64,000 nt of DNA from an uncultured Acidobacteriota bacterium. Lineage in GTDB: Bacteria > Acidobacteriota > Polarisedimenticolia > Polarisedimenticolales > DASRJG01. Positions 1 through 7,372 of the stretch are shown piece by piece (the stretch's first letter is position 1; each line of letters starts with the position of its first letter). The stretch spans positions 1 through 64,000 of the forward strand of contig CAZYHZ010000012.1 of NCBI GenBank assembly GCA_964647625.1. The letters are read 5' to 3'. Made by a program: the position numbers and the translations under genes. The notes under the pieces were generated by a model. That model was not told the origin of the DNA. It saw only the letters and a list, made by a program, of their open reading frames with translations, and searched no databases.

Positions 1-202
1 ACGGCACCGGACGCGCTCGCGGTTCCAACCGATCAACAAGCTCGCGGCCACCGTGCCCGGGACGGCGCCGCCTCGGAATCTTCGAATTTCGGCGTTAGTC
101 GACGACGGCGGCATCGTCGGCGTCGGCGGAGCGCTCCGCCTCGCGCGTTACGAAACCCATCGTTGACGCCCTTTCGTTCTCCGCGTACCCCAGAGAGGCC
201 CG

Positions 203-631
203 ATGTCGAACGTCCACCTGGACGCGGAGTCTTCAATGGCCGCACTGGTCTTGATCGTGGATAAGGTTGCGGACCGATTGGTACAGACGCGGCGACTGGT
301 CGAGGGCGAGGGCGCGGAAAGCGTCACGGCCTCCGATCCGCGCGATGCCATGCGGCTGTTCGTCCGACGAAGGCCCGATCTCACGCTCGTCCGGATCGAT
401 GCGCTGGACGACCTCACGATCGAGTTGTGCCGCGACATCAAGCTCCTCAGCGCCGGACGCCAGCGCCGCCTCGTGGCCGTCGGGCGTCAGGCAGTCCGTT
501 CCGTCGCGCTGAGCACGGGTTGCGACGAGTTCATCGGCCGAAAGTCCGAAGGGAGAGCGATCGTCCGAGCCGTTCGTCTGCTTCTGGCGTCTCGCCGGAA
601 GCCGCTCGCGACGGCGGAGCTGCACATATGA
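203..631 (+). CDS. Response regulator receiver-domain protein (CheY-like, stand-alone)
   Basis: 142-aa ORF with an ATG start. The sequence fits the receiver (beta-alpha)5 pattern, with hydrophobic strands ending in Asp: LVLIVDK...LVRIDAL...LVAVGRQ. Its stop overlaps the next start as ATGA. Confidence 0.65.
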   Translation: MSNVHLDAESSMAALVLIVDKVADRLVQTRRLVEGEGAESVTASDPRDAMRLFVRRRPDLTLVRIDALDDLTIELCRDIKLLSAGRQRRLVAVGRQAVRSVALSTGCDEFIGRKSEGRAIVRAVRLLLASRRKPLATAELHI

Positions 632-1701
632 AAGCCCCCATGCATCCCGGAGCCTTCGAAGGCGACCTTCAGGCGCTCAGCTTCGTGGAGCTCCTGCAGA
701 CGCTCAATCTCGGCGGAAAAACCGCGCGCTTGGCGCTGCGTGCGAATTCCGGGACGGGAACCGTGTGGTTCCAGGATGGTGCGGTGGTCCACGCCGATGC
801 GGGACCGCTCCTCGGCGATCTTGCCGTCTACGAGATGGCCGGATGGACGAGTGGTCGCTTCCTCGTCGAGTACGGCATCACCACCGAAATCCGCTCGACC
901 ACGGGCGACACGACTCAACTGCTGCTCGAGGCGCTCCGCCGCATCGACGAGCGGGCCTCGGATCCGACGCCGAAGGCACCCGGCGCCGACACCCCGCTCG
1001 CGCCGCCGGCCGACGTACGGGCGGTTCGTTCGCGCGGAGCTCTTTTCGGCATGTGCGCTCTCGTGTTGATCTGCGCCGCGATCGCAGCGGCGTCCGTGCA
1101 CGACGCAGGCTCGACGTCCACGACGGATTTGACGGCTGCGATTACACGCGCTCCACTCGTTCCCCGCGTGAAGGTCCACGCACCGCCCCGGGCGAAACGG
1201 TCCACACCGGCGCGTCCGAAGCCTACGGAAGCTGCGGTCGTCGTCGAGCCCCAGCCCGTGGTCGCGCCCGAATCGCCGCTCGCGGAAGAGTCGGTGCCGA
1301 TGGTCGAGTCCACCGCGCCGCCCACGGTCTCGAACGAACAAGCCCGCGCGACCGGCGCTCCAGCGGTCCCCTCGCGCCTGCGGATCGCCGGAAAGAGCGG
1401 CGCCGGCGGAGGGACGCTGAAGGTCCTCGTCGACGGCGCGCCGGTGTTCACTCAGGAGCGTCTCGACAAGAACGAGCCTTTCGAGGGCGAGATCGAGCTG
1501 GCGCCGGGCGAGCATCTGATCGTTGCACGCGTCGAGCACGGCGACGATGCGCGCGTCGAGGAAGATTCGGCACGCGCGACATTCGCGGGAGGCGAAATCG
1601 GCCTGCTGCGCGTCAGCGCCAACAGGTTTTTCGGCTCGCGGCTGAAGGTGAAGCTCGACGCACCGTCCCGAACGGCCGGCGAGAGCTCCGCCGTGCAGTA
1701 G
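628..1701 (+). CDS. DUF4388 domain protein with Pro/Ala-rich linker
   Basis: ATG at 628 overlaps the upstream stop (ATGA). The N-terminal GDLQALSFVELLQTLNLGGKTARL...GTVWFQDGAVVHA motif is typical of DUF4388, followed by a TM segment and a low-complexity Pro-rich region. The ORF-track start at 427 is an upstream extension. Confidence 0.65.
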   Translation: MKAPMHPGAFEGDLQALSFVELLQTLNLGGKTARLALRANSGTGTVWFQDGAVVHADAGPLLGDLAVYEMAGWTSGRFLVEYGITTEIRSTTGDTTQLLLEALRRIDERASDPTPKAPGADTPLAPPADVRAVRSRGALFGMCALVLICAAIAAASVHDAGSTSTTDLTAAITRAPLVPRVKVHAPPRAKRSTPARPKPTEAAVVVEPQPVVAPESPLAEESVPMVESTAPPTVSNEQARATGAPAVPSRLRIAGKSGAGGGTLKVLVDGAPVFTQERLDKNEPFEGEIELAPGEHLIVARVEHGDDARVEEDSARATFAGGEIGLLRVSANRFFGSRLKVKLDAPSRTAGESSAVQ

Positions 1702-1734
1702 AGCCTCGCCGCCGGCGCCCGAGTCCACTTGGAC

Positions 1735-2826
1735 TCAGCGTGCCGACCCTCCCGGAATTGAATTTGTAAGAAAAAGGGGACTGTCCCCTATTGCGGCGCC
1801 GACGAGGGCGAGGGGCCCGATGTTGGCGAGGTATTGGAGGTGGTCGGCGACGAAGGAGAAGCGGAAGTAGTACACGTTGAAGACGTCGAGCACGGGGAAC
1901 AGCGTCACGACGAAGTAGGCGAGGGCGAAGGCGATCGGGCGGAGGCGGCCGTTGCGCCCCCGCCATAGGACAACCGCGACGGCGAGCGCCGCTACGAGCG
2001 GGACATAGGCGAGAAGCTGCGCCGGATCGATGGACCAGCGCGGATAGATGAAGATCAGCGGGTGCGGCCACGCGAGCTTGCCGGCGTAGAACCACGGCAC
2101 GCGTGAGGCGACGATCAACCGCTCGGCCCACGTCTGCGCCCATTCGCCGCCCGAGGCGCCGGCGTGAATCCGCTGCTCCCAGATCGTCCACAACGACGCC
2201 GCTCCCGAGACGAACCCGAACGGCACGAGCGGCGCGGCGTCTCGAAAGCGGAACTCTCCCTCGTCCCACCACTGGCACAGTGCCAGGATGACCGGGAGCA
2301 TCACGGTCGACGACTTGCTCGTGATCGCCGCGGCGGCGCAGAGGATCGCGAGCGCGTACACGCCCCAGGCGTGCGACCTGCGCCACCGCAGGAACGCGAG
2401 CACGGCGAGCAGGAAGAACAGGCACGACTGCGTGTTCTTCAGCTCGGTCACCCAGGCGACGGATTCGACTTGCACCGGATGGAGCGACCAGATTGCCGCG
2501 CCGAGCCACGCTCCACGCACACGGAGCCGCTCGAGCACGCGCCACAAGAGCAGCCCGCACGCGGCGTGAACCAGGACGTTGACGAGATGGTAGGGAAGAG
2601 GCGCCAGGCCCCACAGCTTGTGCTCGATCCAGAACGTCGTGAGCACCAGCGGGTAATAGGTCGCCTCGGCGCTCGTCCAGATTCCCTGGAAGCCCAGAGG
2701 TCCGACGACGCACGGGTTGTGCGTCAGATGGAGATCGTCGTCCCAGATGTAGCCCGCATCGAGCACGGGCAGATAGGCCGACGCGACCGCCGCGACGAGG
2801 ATCGCTCCGAGCGCCCACGACTTCAC
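1735..2826 (-). CDS. PMT/GT39-like polytopic membrane protein (dolichyl-phosphate-mannose protein mannosyltransferase-like, DUF1736 type)
   Basis: GTG at 2826 overlaps the TGA of the upstream TPR gene (GTGA). The N-terminus VKSWALGAILVAAVASAYLPVLDAGYIWDDD is the family hallmark, and the protein has multiple TM helices. The ORF-track N-terminal extension to 3363 is in the TPR gene shadow. Confidence 0.65.
   Translation of the reverse strand: MKSWALGAILVAAVASAYLPVLDAGYIWDDDLHLTHNPCVVGPLGFQGIWTSAEATYYPLVLTTFWIEHKLWGLAPLPYHLVNVLVHAACGLLLWRVLERLRVRGAWLGAAIWSLHPVQVESVAWVTELKNTQSCLFFLLAVLAFLRWRRSHAWGVYALAILCAAAAITSKSSTVMLPVILALCQWWDEGEFRFRDAAPLVPFGFVSGAASLWTIWEQRIHAGASGGEWAQTWAERLIVASRVPWFYAGKLAWPHPLIFIYPRWSIDPAQLLAYVPLVAALAVAVVLWRGRNGRLRPIAFALAYFVVTLFPVLDVFNVYYFRFSFVADHLQYLANIGPLALVGAAIGDSPLFLTNSIPGGSAR
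1768..1789 (-). repeat. Second copy (reverse orientation) of the 22-nt hairpin/T-tract element AGGGGACAGTCCCCTTTTTCTT, embedded in the 3' coding end of the PMT-like gene
   Basis: A 22/22-nt identity to 7255..7276 was found by direct comparison. On the minus strand it reads hairpin plus TTTTTCTT, 30 nt upstream of the PMT-like stop codon. Confidence 0.6.
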
Positions 2827-3425
2827 GGCGAGGGGCTCCGCGCGCCGCTCGATTCGAGCCAGCGGAGGCGCTTCGCGACCTCGGGCGCGTCCGCATACTT
2901 CAGGGACTGCCGGTACTCCTCGATCGCCTCGGCCGGCCGCCCGAGCCGCTCGAGCACGAGGCCGAGATTCTGGTGAGCCTTCGCGAACCCGGGCTTGAGC
3001 TGTACGGCCTTGTGGAAGTGCTCGTACGCTTCGTCGTACCGACCGCTTTGCGCGAGCACGATGCCCAGGTTGTTGTGCGCGTCGACAGCGTTCGGGTCCG
3101 CCGCCAGCGCGCGCCGGTAGAACTCGACCGCCTCGTCCACCCGTCCCTGGCGCTCCCGCACGAGGCCCATGTTGTCGAGCGCGTCCGCATCCTGAGGCCG
3201 GATCGCCAGCGTCGCGCGGAACAGGGTCTCCGCCGCGTCGACCTCGCCGCGCAAGAGGAGTAGACCGCCGAGATTGTTGTTCGCGATGAACGCGTGAGGA
3301 TTCTGCCTCAGCGTGTCGCGCCAGATCGATTCTTCGCTCCGGTACGCGTGCGCGCGCTTCCACGTCATGACGCCGAGGCTCACCAGGAGGACGAGCGGGA
3401 TCGCGACCGATCGAGCCGGCTTCAC
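2823..3425 (-). CDS. TPR-repeat protein with N-terminal membrane anchor
   Basis: GTG at 3425 overlaps the TGA of the upstream DUF4838 gene (GTGA). A TM anchor (SVAIPLVLLVSLGVMTW) is followed by about four TPR repeats (AxxNLGxxL, YxxAxxxFxxAxxLxP patterns). Confidence 0.65.
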   Translation of the reverse strand: MKPARSVAIPLVLLVSLGVMTWKRAHAYRSEESIWRDTLRQNPHAFIANNNLGGLLLLRGEVDAAETLFRATLAIRPQDADALDNMGLVRERQGRVDEAVEFYRRALAADPNAVDAHNNLGIVLAQSGRYDEAYEHFHKAVQLKPGFAKAHQNLGLVLERLGRPAEAIEEYRQSLKYADAPEVAKRLRWLESSGARSPSP

Positions 3426-5269
3426 TGGCCGGGCTCCCGTGAGAGAAACGCCGCGACCTCGGAATCGACGGTCGCGCGGAGCTTCTCGCGGTCGGCGGCG
3501 TCGGCGCGCAGGTCGATCTGCTCGTTCCACGTCAGGCGGTAGCGCGAAGCGGCCTCGGACCGGTCGGGGACAGGGGCGCGCGCGCGCCGCGCGGCGGCGG
3601 ACAGGTCGGCCGAACGATCGAGCGTGAGCAGCGCGTAGTCGACGGTGAGGCGGGCGTGGCGCACGCGCCGCAGCCGCACGGGATCCTTTCGCACGGCGGC
3701 CTCGGCGTCGTCGAAGATCCGCTCGGCGCCGACGACGAAATCGGCATCGACGTGCTTGAACGCGGGGGCTTCGGACTCCGCGCCGATGTACCCGGGCTTG
3801 CGATCGGCGGCGCTCTCCAGGAACGACAGATAGCGCCGGATCGGCCCGGCCGCATCCCCGTAATAACCCTCGGTGAAGTCGGCGATCAGACGCGCGAGGT
3901 CCCGGTCGGGGTCTTCCATGAGCTTCACGTAGAGCCAGACCTTGAGGTCGCGGAGGTCCGACGCGATCGGGAACTCGTGCTGCACGAGGATGCCGGAAAC
4001 GCCATGGTCGCGGTAGAAGCGGAGGTCGTCGGCGTAGTACCGGTAGCTGGGAATCGGCAGATTACGGTCGTTTTCGAAGAAGACGACGGCGTAGTCCCAG
4101 ATCCACAGGTGCGTCGCCATCCGGCTCCACGCCTCGACGGCTTCCCGGAACCGCCGGTTTTCCGGCGCGGCGATTCCCCTGGAGAAATCGCGCTTCCCGT
4201 ATCCGGAAAGCCGCACCACGATGCTGTCGGCGGGGCGCACCGTCCCCGGATCGAACGTGTAGGTGTAGGCGAGCGTGGTCAGCAGGACCTCGGGATGATC
4301 CCTGCGCACGCGGGCCGCGACGTCGTTCAAGAAGGTCACGAGCGTCCCCGACTGTCCTCCCGCGCTTTCCGCCTCCGCTTCGCACGCGGAGCACTTGCAC
4401 CAGCCGCCCCAGTCGTTCTGGGAGAAATCGACGAGACGCGGCGCGGGAATCCCAGATTCACGCGATCGCGCCTCCGCCTCGTCGGCATGGCGCGTCAGCG
4501 TCCCGGCGACGAGCGCGGGGAGGTCGGGATTGCTCAGGCACAGCTGCGCCTTTTCGGCGGTACGAGCGCCGTCACGCTCGGAGAAATACTCGGGGTGGGA
4601 TGTGAAGTACGTCTGCGGCGGGACGACGTAATTGAACGAGTGCACGAACCACGGCGTCGCGAACCCCTCGTAGCCGCCGAACCTCCACGTGATGCGCGCG
4701 AGCGCGCCGTTGACCCGGTTCCGGACGAGAAACTCCGCGCGCCCGTCGGCGCCGGACAGATCGCGCTGCCCGAAGGCCGGCTTGCCGCCGTGCGCGATCT
4801 CGCCCACGCGCAGCGTCGCTTGCCTCGGAACGGACTCCTCGAACGCGTTCCACCACCGGACACCGAGGTCGTCCTCGAGGAAGTGATACACGGCGTAGAG
4901 CGTTCCCCGCGGACGCCCGCCCGCGAGAACGATTCCATCGCCCGACGCACGCACCGCCCACTCTTCGCGCCCCAGGCGCTCGGGCCCCAACCCCAGCCGG
5001 CGCGCGAGCCGCGTCGGGCCGACGTAGATTCGCGGGCCGGCGGGCACAGGCCCGGTCTCGGATCGCACCTCGAACTTCGCGCCCGTGATCTTTTCGAGAT
5101 AGAGCGCGAGCTCCGAGGCCGCGGTGGCCTCGGAGGGGATCGTGCTCGCCGCGAGCACGATCGTAGCCCTGGCGGTGCCGCCCCTCGCGAGCACGGCCGC
5201 AGGCAGCGGCGAGACTGCGATCGCCGCGAGGACGATCGCCGGCAAGACGCGTCGCGGTCCCGGGCTCAA
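3422..5269 (-). CDS. DUF4838 family protein (GH20-like fold, secreted)
   Basis: Long ORF; the probable TTG start at 5269 overlaps the TGA of the upstream ankyrin gene (TTGA). The signal-peptide-like N-terminus is MSPGPRRVLPAIVLAAIAVSPLPAAVLA. The overall sequence resembles DUF4838 proteins. The ORF-track start at 5434 (GTG) is an alternative. Confidence 0.65.
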   Translation of the reverse strand: MSPGPRRVLPAIVLAAIAVSPLPAAVLARGGTARATIVLAASTIPSEATAASELALYLEKITGAKFEVRSETGPVPAGPRIYVGPTRLARRLGLGPERLGREEWAVRASGDGIVLAGGRPRGTLYAVYHFLEDDLGVRWWNAFEESVPRQATLRVGEIAHGGKPAFGQRDLSGADGRAEFLVRNRVNGALARITWRFGGYEGFATPWFVHSFNYVVPPQTYFTSHPEYFSERDGARTAEKAQLCLSNPDLPALVAGTLTRHADEAEARSRESGIPAPRLVDFSQNDWGGWCKCSACEAEAESAGGQSGTLVTFLNDVAARVRRDHPEVLLTTLAYTYTFDPGTVRPADSIVVRLSGYGKRDFSRGIAAPENRRFREAVEAWSRMATHLWIWDYAVVFFENDRNLPIPSYRYYADDLRFYRDHGVSGILVQHEFPIASDLRDLKVWLYVKLMEDPDRDLARLIADFTEGYYGDAAGPIRRYLSFLESAADRKPGYIGAESEAPAFKHVDADFVVGAERIFDDAEAAVRKDPVRLRRVRHARLTVDYALLTLDRSADLSAAARRARAPVPDRSEAASRYRLTWNEQIDLRADAADREKLRATVDSEVAAFLSREPGQ

Positions 5270-5931
5270 TGGGACGCGGCGGACGCACGCGAATCGAGGA
5301 TGGCGAAAATCGCGTCCCGGCCGTCCGCCTTCGAGCAATGTTCGGCGAGGTCTCGCGGCGACCGGCCCTCGCCGTCCTTGACCGTGACGTCGGCGCCGGC
5401 CTGCGCGAGCAGCGTGACCATGAGCTTTCGGCACATGTCACACGCGCGCGCCAGCGGCGTGCGGCCGGAATCGTCCTTGCGCTCGAGATCGGCCCTGGCT
5501 GCGATCAGCTTTTGAGCGATGTCGGCCTCGTTGAACGTCGCGGCGCGGTGAAGCGGCGTCGAGCGGTCGCTCGCCGCCGCGTTGACGTCGGCGTGCGCGA
5601 CGATCAGCGCGCCCGCGGCGCCCGCGCGTCCGTCGGAGACCGCCTCCCACAACGGCGTTTGACCGAAGCCCGCCTTGGCGTCGACGTCGGAGCCCGCGGC
5701 GACGAGCACCTCGACGATGTCCTTGGTCGCCGCCTTGTGAAGGGCGGTGCGGCCGAGGCCGTCCTTCGCATTCGCGTACGACGGCTGCGATGCGAGCGCG
5801 GCCTTCACGCGCTCGACGCCGCCGGATTGCGCGGCGCGCATCATGTCGTCGAGACTCCACGTCTGAGCGGACGCCGCTCCCGACGCGGCCAGCGCGACGG
5901 CGACGATCCAGTTGCGCCCGAGTCCGGTCAC
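5266..5931 (-). CDS. Ankyrin-repeat protein with signal peptide
   Basis: GTG start at 5931. A signal peptide (VAVALAASGAASAQ) is followed by about five ANK repeats (GxTALHxAAxxG...). This is the first gene of a four-gene coupled operon. Confidence 0.8.
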   Translation of the reverse strand: MTGLGRNWIVAVALAASGAASAQTWSLDDMMRAAQSGGVERVKAALASQPSYANAKDGLGRTALHKAATKDIVEVLVAAGSDVDAKAGFGQTPLWEAVSDGRAGAAGALIVAHADVNAAASDRSTPLHRAATFNEADIAQKLIAARADLERKDDSGRTPLARACDMCRKLMVTLLAQAGADVTVKDGEGRSPRDLAEHCSKADGRDAIFAILDSRASAASH

Positions 5932-6002
5932 CTTGAGAATCTAGCCTGATTCCACCGCAGGGTAAAGCCGCGGAGGCTCGGGACTTCGCGAGAGGACCGC
6001 TC

Positions 6003-7253
6003 ATGTCGCGCACCGTCGCCGTCCTGCTCTTATCCTCGGCCGCGCTGACGGGAAGCGGCTGCTCGGTATTCACGAGCGCGCAGAGAAGCCACTATGCGCT
6101 CGATACGCCGATCGCAACGGAAGATCCGGCGTTCATCCGCTCGCTGGACAGCTTCGGCAGCGTCATGGTGCGCGGCAACGATGGAGCCGTTCTCGAGGAC
6201 GGCGACGGCGTGTTCGGCGCGATGCTCGACGACATCGCGAAGGCCAAGGTCTCGATCGATCTCGAGATCTACATCTTCATGCCCGACGAGGCGGGACGCT
6301 TGTTCACCGATGCGCTGGCGGGCGCCGCGCGGCGCGGCGTGCAGGTCCGCCTGCTGGTCGACGGGGAGGGGAGCACGCTGAACGAGCTTCGCTTCGAGCT
6401 CGAGAAGGCCGGCGTCAAATGCCGGGACTATCGCCCGGCGTCCCGCTTCGCGATCTACGGGAGGCGCACGCATCGCAAGCTTCTCGTGATCGACGGCGTC
6501 ATCGGCTACACGGGCGGGTTCTGCATCGACCGCCGCTGGCTCGGGAGCGCGCGTGGACCTTCCGAGTGGCACGACGCGTCCGTGCGCGTCACGGGACCCG
6601 TCGTCGCGCAGATGCAGTCGATCTTCAGCGAGGACTGGACGTTCACGACGGGGGAGATCCTCACGGGGGACGTGTTCTATCCGGCGATCGAGCCCAACGG
6701 GTCGATGCTCGCGCAGGCGATCAAGGCCTCGAAAGGGGATTCCTCCTCGCTCCCGAAGATGCTCTACTTCCTGGCGATCCGCTCGGCGCGGCGGAGCATC
6801 CACATCCAGAACCCCTACTTCCTCCCCGACAAGCAGATCCGCGCGGCGCTGACCGACGCGGCCGGCCGGGGCGTCGACGTCAAGGTGATGGTCCCCGGAA
6901 GTCACATCGACGTCCACGCGGTGCGGATGGCCTCACGATCGGATTTCGGAGAGCTTCTGACCGGCGGGGTCAGGATCTTCGAGTACCAGCCCACGATGAT
7001 CCACTCGAAGACGCTCGTGGTCGACGGCGTGTTCGCGACGATCGGCTCGATCAACTTCGACGCGCTGTCGATGTCGAAAAACGCCGAGGTGAGCCTTCTC
7101 GTCTACGACCGTGGTTTCGCCGCCGAGATGGAAGCGATGTTCGAGCGAGATCTCGGCCGCTGCAAGGAAGTCACCTACGACGCCTGGAAGCACCGCGGCG
7201 CCTCCGCCCGCATCGCCGAGACATTTTCGCTGTTGTTCCGGCCGTTGTACTGA
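6003..7253 (+). CDS. cls: Cardiolipin synthase / phospholipase D family lipoprotein
   Basis: ATG start with a lipoprotein signal (LLLSSAALTGSGC). Two HKD motifs are present (HRKLLVIDG and HSKTLVVDG), the PLD superfamily signature. Confidence 0.85.
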   Translation: MSRTVAVLLLSSAALTGSGCSVFTSAQRSHYALDTPIATEDPAFIRSLDSFGSVMVRGNDGAVLEDGDGVFGAMLDDIAKAKVSIDLEIYIFMPDEAGRLFTDALAGAARRGVQVRLLVDGEGSTLNELRFELEKAGVKCRDYRPASRFAIYGRRTHRKLLVIDGVIGYTGGFCIDRRWLGSARGPSEWHDASVRVTGPVVAQMQSIFSEDWTFTTGEILTGDVFYPAIEPNGSMLAQAIKASKGDSSSLPKMLYFLAIRSARRSIHIQNPYFLPDKQIRAALTDAAGRGVDVKVMVPGSHIDVHAVRMASRSDFGELLTGGVRIFEYQPTMIHSKTLVVDGVFATIGSINFDALSMSKNAEVSLLVYDRGFAAEMEAMFERDLGRCKEVTYDAWKHRGASARIAETFSLLFRPLY

Positions 7254-7254
7254 A

Positions 7255-7280
7255 AGGGGACAGTCCCCTTTTTCTTCTAA
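7255..7280 (+). terminator. Rho-independent terminator after cls (hairpin AGGGGACAGTCCCCT followed by TTTTTCTT)
   Basis: Perfect 6-bp GC stem with a 3-nt loop 2 nt after the cls stop, followed by a T-tract. Confidence 0.65.
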
Positions 7281-7372
7281 AGCTTCTGGTCGCCGCCGCC
7301 CCCGCAAGGTTTCGCGTTTGGCGCTACCATCCCAGCGCCTCGGGACCCTATGTCCCGCACAAGGGTTCAATC

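Noticed and set aside
1-171. Possible 3' end of an upstream plus-strand gene (frame 2 is open from the window edge to TGA at 169..171, ...LAATVPGTAPPRNLRISALVDDGGIVGVGGALRLARYETHR)
   Set aside because: It is too short and too featureless to assign. Frame 1 is also open over much of the same span, so it is not reported as a feature.
427-5515. Many long overlapping ORFs in the ORF track (e.g. 487..1728 -, 765..1769 +, 1613..2896 -, 2164..2976 +, 3656..5515 +, 4572..5441 -)
   Set aside because: These are frame shadows typical of ~70% GC DNA. They have Arg/Ala/Pro/Gly-rich low-complexity translations and overlap better-supported genes on the other strand or frame.
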